Source: Lophium mytilinum
Lineage: Eukaryota
Reading direction: 5' to 3'
Assembly (NCBI GenBank): GCA_010093605.1
Contig: MU004200.1
Coordinates: 558,001-622,000, forward strand
DNA: 64,000 nucleotides
Positions within the stretch are counted from its first letter, which is position 1. Each line of letters begins with the position of its first letter. Shown piece after piece: positions 1 through 11,500 of the stretch. The translations under genes were made by a program, and so were the position numbers. Below the pieces are notes generated by a model. It made no database searches. It was not told the DNA's origin and worked only from the letters and a program-made list of their open reading frames with translations.

Positions 1-1406
1 CCGATTGTGTAGAGAGCGCAGACCGCCTCGAAGAGGTCCCAGCACTGCGATTCAATCTCGACGTTGTCATAGGGTGCCGATTTGTGTCGGGGAGTGGCAC
101 TGACGAAGCGACGGTAGCCTTGCGAGTTGAGGTTGTCTTCGACGCCGGTGGTGTCGAGCAAGGCGTCGTGGATTCGCTTCACCCAATAGTGTGGGTTGGC
201 TCTGATCAATGGGAAGTTTTTGTCCACTCTGACGATTCGAGGCTGGGCGCGCCAAGCTGCGGCGTCGTCGCCGTTGACGAAATGTCCAGAGAAGGGAGCG
301 TAGTTCGGGTTCGAAACTGGGGCAGGATTGAATGTGCCGAGGGTAGCGACGGTGGAGGGAGTCGCAGTCTGAGGGGAAGTGGTGGCAGAACCCGTGGTGG
401 CTACGGTGGTCGGAGTCGCAGTCAAAGGAGCAGTCTGGACTGGGCGCATCGGAGAAGTGGTATCGAACACGCCTCTAGGGTACAAGATAGGATCCAAGCC
501 AACGATTTGATCGATCCGGGCGAATTCGGCAGCCAAGCTTGCATCCGGGACATAGGCTAGCTCAGGGCTTGTAGTGGCAGGGGGGCCTTCGATCGACGGA
601 AGGACTGTATCGGCAGCGATGGCTAGTTCAGGGCTTGTAGTGGCAGGGAGGCCTTCGACGGGCGGATAGGCTGTACCGGTAGCGATGGCTAGCTCAGGGC
701 TTGTAGTGGCAGGGAGGCCTTGGATGGGCTGATAGGCTGTACCGGTAGCGATGGCTAGCTCAGGGCTTGTAGTGGCAGGGGAGCTTTCGATCGACGGAAG
801 GACTGTACCGGCAGCGATGGCTAGCTCAGGGCTTGTGGTGGCAGGGGGGCCTTCGATGGGCAGATAGGCTGTAGAACGAATGTTGGCCATGAATTGGAGT
901 TCGGTAGGCTGCGCTAGCTCAGGACGGACAGGCGGCACGATCTGGTTGAGGAGGTCTTCGAATTCAACAGGATCAAGCTCGGCGTAATCGATGGGAGGGG
1001 CGTCTTCATAGGCGTCGGAGGCAGAATGACCAAGGTCGGCATGCTTGATGGGAGGGGCGTCTTCATAGGCGTCGGAGACAGAATGACCAAGGTCGGCATG
1101 CTTGATGGGAGCGGCGGCTGCATAGGCGTCGAAGGCAGAATGACCTGGGTCGGCGTGATTGATGGGAGCGGCGGCTTCATAGGCGTTGAAGGCAGAATGG
1201 CCAAGGTCGGCGTGATTGATGGGAGCGGCGGCTTCATAGGCGTTGAAGGCAGAATGACCAAGGTCGGCGTGGTTGATGGGAGCGGCGTCTTCATAGGCGT
1301 CGAAGGCAGTATGACCAAGGTCGGCGTGATTAGTGGAATCGGCTTCATAGGCGTCGAAGTCGAAGAGCTCGTTGGAGACCGGCTCGAAATCTGAATGGAA
1401 AGACAT
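1..1406 (-). CDS. Hypothetical protein (>=468 aa, 3' end beyond the window edge) with two internal tandem repeat arrays and a globular-looking C-terminal region
   Basis: Manual translation from ATG at 1406 (MSFHSDFEPVSNELFDFDAYE...) is open without a stop to position 1 (...YWVKRIHDALLDTTGVEDNLNSQGYRRF...YDNVEIESQCWDLFEAVCALYTI). It is not in the ORF track because it has no stop inside the window. Confidence 0.8.
   Translation of the reverse strand, partial: MSFHSDFEPVSNELFDFDAYEADSTNHADLGHTAFDAYEDAAPINHADLGHSAFNAYEAAAPINHADLGHSAFNAYEAAAPINHADPGHSAFDAYAAAAPIKHADLGHSVSDAYEDAPPIKHADLGHSASDAYEDAPPIDYAELDPVEFEDLLNQIVPPVRPELAQPTELQFMANIRSTAYLPIEGPPATTSPELAIAAGTVLPSIESSPATTSPELAIATGTAYQPIQGLPATTSPELAIATGTAYPPVEGLPATTSPELAIAADTVLPSIEGPPATTSPELAYVPDASLAAEFARIDQIVGLDPILYPRGVFDTTSPMRPVQTAPLTATPTTVATTGSATTSPQTATPSTVATLGTFNPAPVSNPNYAPFSGHFVNGDDAAAWRAQPRIVRVDKNFPLIRANPHYWVKRIHDALLDTTGVEDNLNSQGYRRFVSATPRHKSAPYDNVEIESQCWDLFEAVCALYTI
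556..873. repeat. Coding tandem repeat, 66-bp unit x ~5 (22 aa, approx. IAAGTVLPSIEGPPATTSPELA on the minus strand)
   Basis: GCTAG(C/T)TCAGGGCTTGT recurs at 556, 622, 688, 754 and 820 (period 66). Confidence 0.95.
975..1360. repeat. Coding tandem repeat, 57-bp unit x ~6.5 (19 aa, approx. FDAYEDAAPINHADLGHSA on the minus strand)
   Basis: The TTCATAGGCGT core recurs at 1005, 1062, 1119, 1176, 1233, 1290 and 1344. Confidence 0.95.
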
Positions 1407-2476
1407 GGCAGGCCAGCTGATATGTCGGTATTGGAACGATGAAAATGCTAATAAGTGAAGGGCACCAGGCCTTTGGAAAAGAAGTGAAGCAAGGAGAAGC
1501 GTGACGGTCGTAAAAAGGGTCGTGAAGTTGAAGGAAAAGAGAAGGACGCTCAAGAGAAGGTAGACATGAAGAGAATTTAAGGCGAGGGCGCAACAGGAAC
1601 AATAGGACTGGCGACCCAATAAGATCAATAGGCCACTGCTATTGATGTGCGCGGACAATAGTAAAAAGTGAGCGGCCTGGCAGCTGGTGAACGCACGTGC
1701 CACATGTTGGCTCGCGGTCATCGTGCGGCCACTTTCCCGGTTGCCAGCGCGCCGCTATGCCGCACTGCTCTGGCCGAGGGGAAGGGTTCGAGACAGGTAG
1801 TCCACTTACGTGTAGAGGAGGATTGGCATCAATGGCATGCGCTGGTACAGTGACAGGCCACGAGTCTGGGCACACTGGTCCACCACTGCTTGCGTGGGGT
1901 ACCCCCACAAGATTTCCAAGATCCAGCGGCGATGTCGAGGTTCAAGCACTACAGGTTAGTCTATCTCTTGACGACTGGCTGTTCAGCAACCAGGCTATCC
2001 CCAACAGTGGTGTCGAGTGAGCAAGATGGAGCTATGCAGAAATGAGTTCATGTGCCCAGACTTATGGCCTAGTACTGTATGGAAATGCGATGCCGTTGCG
2101 CAAGAGCCAATGACAGATATGTTGGCGTGGCAGCCGCACTGCCAGGCACGCTGGACATAGAAAAGTGGCATACTTAGCAGGCATCGTGCCTTATATACAC
2201 TGGTCTTCCGCTGCTTGTGGAGCTTTGATACATTTTCAGAAATGTAAAAGAGGTGGAGCCTCTTAGCTTTGGACTATGTGGAAACTTCTTGAGGCACTCC
2301 ATACAGTGGCAGACCGGTGCACCTACCCATGTAGTGCTTAGACATTGGCAATCCACGCATCTGTGAGGTATGCCCACTACTTCTGTGTTTGTGTACGCTG
2401 GTGTGGCACCGCTTGAAGTCCTCCAGCGTCCTGTTACTGATCAGGAAATACCAGCTTTGGCAAGCCTGATAGCTTC

Positions 2477-2983
2477 CTAGGCTACTCTGGACGGTGTTGA
2501 ACAGCTAGAGCGTACAAAGCTTTCAAGCCCAGGTCCATACATGGCACATGATGCACGTCCGGTCATGAAGGCTTGCCATCTGTTCAGGACGCCAGCATTG
2601 CGAGATCGGCCGCTGATATGCTCGGAGGGATGTGCGGTGCCGTAGTTGGCACCGCCGTCGACCTGTGGGATCCAAACCTCGGGAGGGGGATCCTTTAGAG
2701 GTTGCACACGAACGTCAGACAAATCTGATAGAGCTGGCGAGCAGCGGTCGTATGCTTGATCCTGGCGCCATTCTCGAGAGCTAAATCGGCGTGCGGGTGC
2801 TTTTTTCGATTCGGTGCTCATATTGTGGTGCTGTATAGCGGCGGGCGTCGGCGTTCCAAAGGATGGATAGATGAGACGAAAGGACGAGGTCGAAAGTTAC
2901 CCGTCTGAGACTAGCGTGATAATTAGCGTGAGCATCCGCAAAACGTACATATGAATCGGAAGCGCGCACAGTTCTCGAGCCAT
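2477..2983 (-). CDS. Possible small spliced orphan protein (MAREL...LRRHHNMSTESKKAP...)
   Basis: Removing two intron-like segments (GTACGT or GTGCGC..GCTAAT..TAG ending at 2911; GTAACT..CAG 2900-2831) joins ATG 2983 in frame to the 2821-2477 ORF. A TATAAA lies upstream near 3310. No recognisable domain. Confidence 0.3.
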
Positions 2984-3859
2984 TTCAAGCGAACGTGAAG
3001 TATAGAGGCAAGGGAGAAGGCGAACACTGAAGCTCTGAGAAATATCCACTTCGGCGTACTGGCAAACGTGGCGCGTAAAAATGATGGAATAGGTGGAGCT
3101 TCAGGCCTTCACATACAGGTAGGCGGAGGAAGTGGATCTTTAGAGACTGATGGGAAGGCTCATTCCTATACTTCGAATTACATGGGCTTTCGCGAAGGTG
3201 AAGGTGGAGGATGAAGATAATGATAAAGATGAAGTATATGAATGAACTTAATATGGGAGTCCTAAGTGGAGGGTAAGCTTGATGAAGGAGGAGTAGCTCG
3301 AAGCCTCCATTTATACTAGAGCAACTTCACCTTACACTCAAAGACCCCTCAGTAATATGACTCTCTATATTCACTAGGGTTTGGGGGCATAGATCGGCTA
3401 AGGGAAGTCACGAGCTCATGTATGCGAGATAGATATCTCACCTGTTGTAAGGCACGGACAAGGTAGCTTCAGATTCTAAACTCTTGACAATGTTGTATGT
3501 TTAACTAGAGGGTGTAATGCATTCCGTGAAGTCTTGATGGTAGATTTGTATACGAGGGAAGGGCCATTTCTCTCTCATAGGGCAACGGCGGACTTAACGT
3601 CGGCCACAGTGGGCCAAATCCAAGTTTATACAGCCACGTGGTTCAAGAGGGCATAGACCGTTAAGAACCAGTTTAACAGATTAGGCGTTCAAATGGCATC
3701 GGAGAGTGGTAGCGTGTTGATACATGGAGATGCTGAGGACGCCCCTGAGCAATTTTCACCTCGCCAAGCTCGCCAGGACGTCCTGCCATACATCCCGGTC
3801 CATAGCCAGGCATCCGCGGCTCAACTTTCTACATCGACCTCGCCTTCGAACACCACAGC

Positions 3860-6159
3860 ATGGAGTCCGCCTCCAAGGGCCAGAACCTAGCCGTCACGAA
3901 GGATGGCGCGAGATACAACAAGCTAACGCGCCCTGACGACCTATGCGACCCGATTCCCAAACCCGCCTCTGCAGCACCCCCGATGGACTCCGCAAAACGC
4001 AAGCTCGACGAGCTCAACCCCACGCATGGCTACGCCGATGAGGAACCTCATAGCAAACGTGCGCGCCCTTCAGAGCCGCCACCACAGGAAGAGTACGATC
4101 TGGCGGCAGCATCCTTCGATCAGCGTGAAGCCATCATCAACACGCGCAAGAGCACCAAGCCCAAGCTAGGCGCCAGAAACGAGAAATACGGCCAGGCTCA
4201 GGGCATCGGCCAAGGTCTTGATGACTTGGACGATGGAAACGCCACCGATAATTCGACGAGGGAGGCTATGCAGTATCTCCGCAGCGTAAGGTGAGCAAGC
4301 TCCCCAATTGCACGTTGTTCCCAAACCTATATACTCAATATCGATACATATAGACATCCCCGGATATAACTTCTTCATTCCGATTGCTGTAGAGTATAAT
4401 TTGGTAGAAGACATGCTGACATTCCGGTTTGCTCAGACAAGAGGCAGACGCCATGCCGGTACTCACCACCGCCCCAGCGATTGAGTTGTTCGAGGATGAA
4501 TCGATATACGATAGCGGTATTGAGGATAGGCGAGCAATCTTTAGGGATGGCGTATGTATGGCTGCACGAAGCGACAGCTCTATACTGGCCACCGAAACCT
4601 CCGACGAAGAAGGCCGCGGTCTTACAATTCCTGATATCAGTCCCCAAGAAGCATGTCGTGCTGTACTGCTGAAACAGCTAGCAGGCTTGCGGGAATCAAT
4701 GAGCGAGACTCCCCCGCAAGAGGCACTGGACCGGTTGAAGGCGGCCAGCAAGACTCTGACTGCATTCCCAAGACTAAATCACTCGGCCATGCAACAGTGG
4801 AACCCAATCTTGAGACACACTTACCCTACGCCTACACAAATATCTCAGATGAGCCATCGGACCATTATGCATCTAATTGAGGTGTTGGCCGAGTGCTTGA
4901 AGCCAAATCGCAACATCACGTCTCAGCTCAGCTGCTGGATCTGGGGTTTATTCGGCCGCCTTGGAGAAAGGGGTACCTTACAGGCTGATGACGATTACAC
5001 CGTACGCGAACTCGGTAAGGCCGCTGTAGCAATACGGTTGTCCTATCTCGGGTACAACGTCGATCGCCCGTCTTTGAACTTCGTCGAAAGTGATGACCTG
5101 GACGAATACGGATGTAAGTCTGATGAGGACTGGGACTCAGAGCACGACGAACCCAACAGCGAACCTGATGAAGAGAGCAACCCAGTCGTAGAGATTAGAG
5201 ACCAGGATGCAAGTGCCGGTACGGTAATCAAGGGCTCAAATACTATGTCTATCAAGTATCTAGACCATATCACCCAAGCCAACTCATCCGTACCCAAATC
5301 GGATAGCGGATCTGAGGACGGCGAAATAGCTGACGATGGCCCCTCCACGGTCGTTGGTTCCATCGAAACAGCCAAAGGCAGTCTTCAACCCAACTGCACA
5401 GCTGATGTGTCGAAGCCAGAGGCACCTCCACAACCAGACGCCTCTCCGAAGCCCGAGAGAGGCTCAAACTTTACTCCACGGCTTCCCAGAAACACACGCA
5501 AAGCCCTGAAGAAGAAGAACAACAAGCAAAGACGGGAAAGGAAAAAGGCTGAACGAGCTTCTGCCAGCACGAAGCATCCTTCGACCGGGCCAGACGGCTC
5601 CACCCGCTCCTCATACGACCACGACCGCTTCGTTTCATCAAACCCGGTGTCGGCGGCGCGGCGCTCTGTATCTACCACTCACACGAACAGCAACGACGCA
5701 GGCCGAGGCAGACAGCAGACGCGCAACACGTCTTCGCCAGAATCGTCGCCAGGTCGTTCACGTGCGAGGAGGAACACGTCATCCCCCGAGTCGTCACCGG
5801 GCCCGTATCGTCGTCTCCGTCGCACGAGCACACCGGGCATCGAAGTCTTTCCTTCTCGTGCTGACGCCGAGGCCAGCCGCCTTAGTCGAGGAAACGGTGC
5901 GATTCCGCAGGTTGATGGGGCTGAGGAGCTTGGCGCACAGGCCGTAAATGCTGGAGATGATTCAATGGATGTGAAAGTGGAGCTTGTGGTCGAAGAAGGA
6001 GAAATGGAGCAGGAGGAATGCGAAATGGTAGAGGAGAAGGTGCCAAACGTGAACACGCTTGCGACCCTCGACATGATCATCACGATTGTAGGTGAGCGGT
6101 ACGGGCAGCGGGATCTCTTGGACGCTCGAGAGGTATGGCAGCATTCGATTGAGGTCTGA
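3860..6159 (+). CDS. Gemin2/Brr1/SIP1-family SMN-complex (snRNP assembly) protein, 2 exons
   Basis: The EAMQYLRSVR|QEA motif spans intron 4291-4436 (GTGAGC..GCTGAC..CAG). Also WIWGLFGRL...DDYTVRELGK and C-terminal TLDMIITIVGERYGQRDLL, typical of Gemin2. Confidence 0.8.
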
Positions 6160-6798
6160 ACGAGATTATCGACACTCGCTAGGTGCAAGTGTCGGAGCTC
6201 TAGTACTTAGGTAAGGAGGATGAGCGCCTAAACATGCATACGCGAGGGATCTGGTGGAGCTACCTTTGCTTACATAGCATTATACCAGAGGGCCTAGCTT
6301 AAAGACTGTAGCTCAAATTAAGTACTCCCAAACCTTTCTACGGCCGCTGAATTCAATCGACGACTCAAAGATGTCAAGGACGCTGCTCAGACGAACCAGG
6401 TTTCTCATCAAGACGAGTAGGACTGGTTAGTAGTCGCGGCCCGGGTGCAACATGCATCTTTAAATTAATTACGTCGAAATCATCGTCCTTTTCGGGTCTC
6501 GACGTCATTAACGCAAATATAGGGCTGAAGTAGGGAGTGTTACAAGCAACTAGAATCAGAGGAGGACCGAATTCGGAAGACCTGGGCTTGGGGTGTAAAC
6601 GTCAATGCCGATCCGGATATACAGACAAGCTGGCAGAGACATTCAAGCAAGGCTGCGCTCGCAATTCATGGGAATTAGCAGCTTGCTAGGAGCTACATTT
6701 CGCTTGAGGATATGGCTAGCATGCGGCAAGAGGAGCTGAACAAGGCAGTGACACATGGGAAGACACGTAATAGTCGTAGCTAGCTAATGCAGCAGGCT

Positions 6799-7681
6799 TC
6801 ATTTCCGCACACACAGGTCGCTCCGGATAACCCATTTCTCTCCTGCCAGAACTTCACGGCCCTCATGGAGCATGCAGTCAGCGCCGTGTCGATGAAGCAG
6901 TGCCATGCCGACTTCGAGATCAACCACAATCGGTGGAGGAGTTTCTTCTTTCTTGGCCTTGCCCTTTTTCGGTAGGTCAGGCTCAGGGTAGAATACAGTC
7001 TCGCCTCCCTCACATCCCGTTGCCGGGGACGTGAGGTACAGAAGGAGAGTCCAGGTGGTTTTGGCAGGAATCGAGGGGGACCCAGGGATAGTGACATTGT
7101 TGAAGTCGTCGTCTGGAATGATGAAAAGCCGCTCGGATGCTTCATAAACGTTGATTTCATAGATATTACTCACAGTGCTGATCGAAAAATTGTCCTTTCG
7201 TGTAGCGGTAGATTCTGATATTCGGATTTAAACCTACCTTGACCGCCAATGAGCACGTCTAGCCATGCATTGAGACTTTGGGATGTGTTACCACTTCTCC
7301 ACCCCAGAGCTTCGCCTGAGCCTTAGGAGTCAAACCAAGGCCGCCTTCTTCATTGGTACCAAGAACGAGGTTCTTCAGGGCGGTTCCGCTCCACAGTTGC
7401 TCGGCAAACGCCGGGTCATCGATCTGGAAGCGGTCATTGACGCGGACAGCGTCGCCCTTCTTTGGTTTCCCCGGCGTTGTCGTCAGCGGTAGAGAGTTGA
7501 GAAAAGACACGTAGGCTTTGCACAGCGTCGACGTCCAGAGGCTCGGCACGGTGATGATCTGGTCCGGCCAGACTTGGTGCAGGGCGAGGTCGGACTCGAG
7601 CAGCAGGGGAGTCAAGGGTGGCCAATTGGGCCGAGGGGCGGCTACAGGTGCCACCACGGGAGGGCGCTTGTGCTTGGGCAT
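6799..7681 (-). CDS. 2-oxoglutarate/Fe(II) dioxygenase, prolyl-4-hydroxylase-alpha-like, 3 exons
   Basis: Spliced product has GLNPNIRIYRY..GQFFDQHYDD (HxD), WTLLLYL..GCEGGETVFY, LHEGREV and KWVIRSD. Confidence 0.85.
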
Positions 7682-8038
7682 TATTGTTCCGTCGATCCAG
7701 CCCGCTTGCCGTGAAAATGTCGGCTGGCTGTGGAGCAGCTTGAAGCAGCTTGAGTCACTCCACAATACCTGGGTGCGCTGGATGGGCGGGGACAGGTGTG
7801 GGAGCGCGAGGCTACCACGGCAGCACCGCACCAGACCGTGGGAAGGGTGGTTCGAGAATCACGAGGCGCGGCTGGAGCCTCTATTCCGCCTCATCCGTGA
7901 TTTTGCAGTGCAGAGATTTTGAATTTCCGGCGGTCGATGTGTGTGTGCGGTGGGTACGATTGCGGATGTAAGCGATAGAACTAGGTAGAGATGACTGCCG
8001 GGCCAGGTCGCAGGTGGGCCTGAGAGTTAAAGTTGTCA

Positions 8039-8324
8039 GATGCGAAATAGCGTAGAATCCTTGGCGCGTTTTTCTCCGCGTTCCTCACCAAAATTTGTAT
8101 AAGAGCCGCGGGGAGCGCCACCTAATTGAATGTCGACTTGTTGATATTCCCTTGATACGGATATATAAGGTCATTTACACTTGCTGAACACGCAGAGACC
8201 CTCCATTTGATCTTATTAAGGGGACATTGAGAGCGTGACAGTCAATTAGGTGGTGCTCTCCGCGATTCTCACTGGAGAGGAACACGGAGAAAACAGCGCC
8301 AAGGATTCTACGTTATTTCGCATC
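8039..8324. repeat. Long imperfect inverted repeat (foldback or MITE-like), ~125-bp arms and ~30-bp loop
   Basis: 8039-8090 GATGCGAAATAGCGTAGAATCCTTGGCGCGTTTTTCTCCGCGTTCCTCACCA is nearly the reverse complement of 8273-8324. Pairing continues inward (CCACCTAATTGA / TCAATTAGGTGG; CCCTTGATA / TATTAAGGG). Confidence 0.9.
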
Positions 8325-8551
8325 CTCAAGAGCACGTGCAAAACCCCATCGATGCGTCCCATCCCCGTATCATCACCGCCTTCACCTCTCTTTGCGCCCC
8401 AGAGCCTCAGAGCCCCCAGCGCCCCTCGACTGCGCTGCCTCCCCGCCGAGCTCTTCCTCGTTGCCGCCTCCATCTGTCGCGCCACAGACTGATGCCGACG
8501 GCTCCTGTTCGCGCCCCCTACGAGTGCCGTCCCCCGTGAGGCACCCCCGAC

Positions 8552-11500
8552 ATGCTGGCCACCCATCGCGCGAACAGCCCTGTGGCGCTCGACCATGTCG
8601 CCAAACCCGATTGCCCTGTACAGCTGCCGCAGGAGGACACCGGCCGTGGTGCGCCTGCCCTCTTCTTCGCCGAGCCAGAGCAGACTGCCTTCGATGAACC
8701 TCCCGACCAGACTCAACCCGCTGCTCCGACCCATGCAGCTACCAACACCATGAGCCCTCCCCAGCAGACAAGTCCAGAGTCGGGTCGTGACACTGCAGGC
8801 GGGCCTACGCTTGCTCCCGGACTGGCCAATTCGTCTACTGTCGTCACTGAACAGGACCAGTCTGAACACCCTCGTCCACCCTCCCCGGCTACCGAGCCCT
8901 TTCCGCCACTTCTCGGACCACCCTACGAGGATATTACTGTGCCTCCTCACGACGAAACAAGATTCGTGGACAACTTCGACGCAGGGTCCGACCCTTCAGC
9001 AGTCTTTCCGGGACAGGACTATATAGGGGCCCTTCCAGTCTCTGCAGGTGCCGAACTTGACGCGCGATTGCTCCGCCAACACTTCGCACATCCCGTAAAC
9101 GTATTGGACGACATAGGGTCAGATGGGTCTTTCCGGCCGAGTGATGACGTCCTTAGGGCTCATAATAGGGCAGAGGCAGAGTACCAGCTGAGAGCGGCCA
9201 TTCACTCAGAACCAATACCAGCCCACGAGACCGCGCATCTTGTCAATAGGTCCGACCCTTCAGCAGTCTTTCCGGGACAGGACTATATAGAGGCCCTTCC
9301 AGTCTCTGCAGGTGCCGAACTTGACGCGCAATTGCTCCGCCAACACTTCGCACAACCCGTAAACGTATTGGACGACATAGGGTCAGATGGGTCTTTCCGG
9401 CCGAGTGATGACGTCCTCAGGGCTCATAATAGGGCAGAGGCAGAGTACCAGCTGAGAGCGGCCATTCACTCAGAACCAATACCAGCCCACGAGACCGCGC
9501 ATCTTGTCGATAACAGCGACTCGCAGCGGATGAGCGCTTTTGCGAGACTCCAATTTGACGATGGGTTATATTACATGCATACCTACTCCTTAGTACTAGG
9601 CCGCGATTCCGATCGGTTTCGGCGCGGGCTGAAACGAAAGAGGGCCAAGAAGCGGCCAAAGGACCGCAAAAGAAAGAGACACACCGCTGTGGACGACGAT
9701 CAAGATGGCCTGGGTAGGCCCCAACACAAGCGGAGAAATGAAGACACCCTGAGCCACGGTCCTCGTAGCGTTATCAGCGAAACCGGAGGTATTGTCCGCG
9801 TTCCGGCACACGAGCATCAGCACCGTAGGCCAAGCGAGGCATCTCACTCAATCAGCTCCTTGTCTCACCATCACTCGCAAGACCACTCCCTCGGCATTTC
9901 GAACGAAGAGGGTGATACCTATGCACCACCTTCTGTAATGATTGACACTCTCCCCGAGGTCCCGCGAGATCTTCAGGATCACGTTCCAGATCCCAATTCG
10001 TGTCCTTTCCTGCCGATTCATCCTCGGGATCCAGAGGAAAAGGGAATCTCGAGGAGACATGCAAGGATAGAATACGACTTCGAGGCTGGCAACTGGCGCT
10101 TGCACGTCCTCGGGTCAAATGGTGTTTTCCACAATGACGAACACTATTATCCTGGTGGGCCGCCGATTCAACTCCGACATGATGACATGATTCAGATCAG
10201 AGAAGTCAGATTCTTTTTCCAATTACCAGAAAGCGAACAAACCGAGGATGAAGCTTCTTCTAAGAGTCTTGGAGGGAGAAGCAGCCGTGGCTTGAGTTTC
10301 GCATTCGAGAATGGCCGAGGACAGCATGAAGATGAGATTATGTCGAGCGAGGATGAGGAAGCGCATGAAAGTGTCGATCCGCGAGATATATTTTATCGGG
10401 TCAAAGGCTTTCGCCCGGACGATTCTGTCGAAGATGAGCTCGAAGAGCAAGACGACAATGAAGACGACAGCGACGAAGACGATGAAAGCGTCGATGACCA
10501 ACCTCTCAGAAAACGCATGCAGAAGAAGCCGAAAAAGCAGACCCTGAAACTCAAGTTGAGCCAAAAGGCGCAGATAGCTTCACAGAGACCTGTTCCGAAA
10601 CAGAAGAAACAGATGAAAAGCAAGCCGCGGCGCCTTCCATCACCTACGCCACCACCTCCGCCTCCGCCAAAGGCTGTCGTTAAAAAAGTGCAGAAAATGA
10701 AGCAAAAGGACGTTGCAAAAGAAGTAGCCAAGGACAAAATCAAACCACCCGCGAAAGAGCTAGAGAAGCCTAAAGAGAAGAATGGCGAGGCGTCCAGGCC
10801 CCCAGCCACGGAGCCCCAAGCCAGGCCAGAGCCGGTCACGCAGTCGAATGAATCGCTGGCTGCGGGGACAATCATCACCCGCGAGATATGTGAACGGTTC
10901 TCTTTACACGAGTCCATGATCGGCACAGAGTACAAACCACGCAAAGGTCCGGGACGGCCACCGAAAGATGGCTTCATGTCCAAGCGTGAGAAGGCCTTGT
11001 TGGCGAGGAAAGCTAAAGAAGATGAAAAGGCCAGGAGACTGGGGATAGACCCCAAGGAGCTGGAAGTTATCAAGACTCCTACTAATAAAGCTGGTCGTGC
11101 ACAGAAAGAGGACAACGGGGCTGAGAACGAAGATGTGAAAGACTCAGTCGAAGGACATGCGAAAACCGGAGCTTCTGATCAAACCAACGAGAAAAAGCCA
11201 GCTAAGAGCTCCAAGCCCCCACGCTCGCCTTCGCCTGTTATGAAGGAGGAAGACTACACGGAAGAAGAGCTTCAACGCCCACAAGCAAACTACGTCGTCA
11301 TGATTCACGAGGCAATATCCAACTCTAAGCACGGGTCTCTCAACCTGCAGCAAATCTACAGCGCCATTGAGAGAAAGTACCCATTCTATAAGTTTCGAGT
11401 GTCGACCAACGGGTGGCAGAGTAGCGTACGGCATAATCTAGGGCAGCATGAAGCTTTCAAGAAAGGCGAAAAAGAGGGCAAAGGCTACAACTGGGTAATA

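Noticed and set aside
84..1394. Track ORFs 84-560(+), 914-1348(-) and 1026-1394(+), and the idea of a retrotransposon gag here
   Set aside because: They are alternative frames or antisense shadows of the long 1406-1 minus-strand ORF and its repeats. No gag, zinc-knuckle or RT motifs were seen.
6386..6440. Resemblance to 5S rRNA (GCTCAG...CTGGTTAGTAGT)
   Set aside because: Spacing and flanks do not fit a ~120-nt 5S gene; the match is short enough to be chance.
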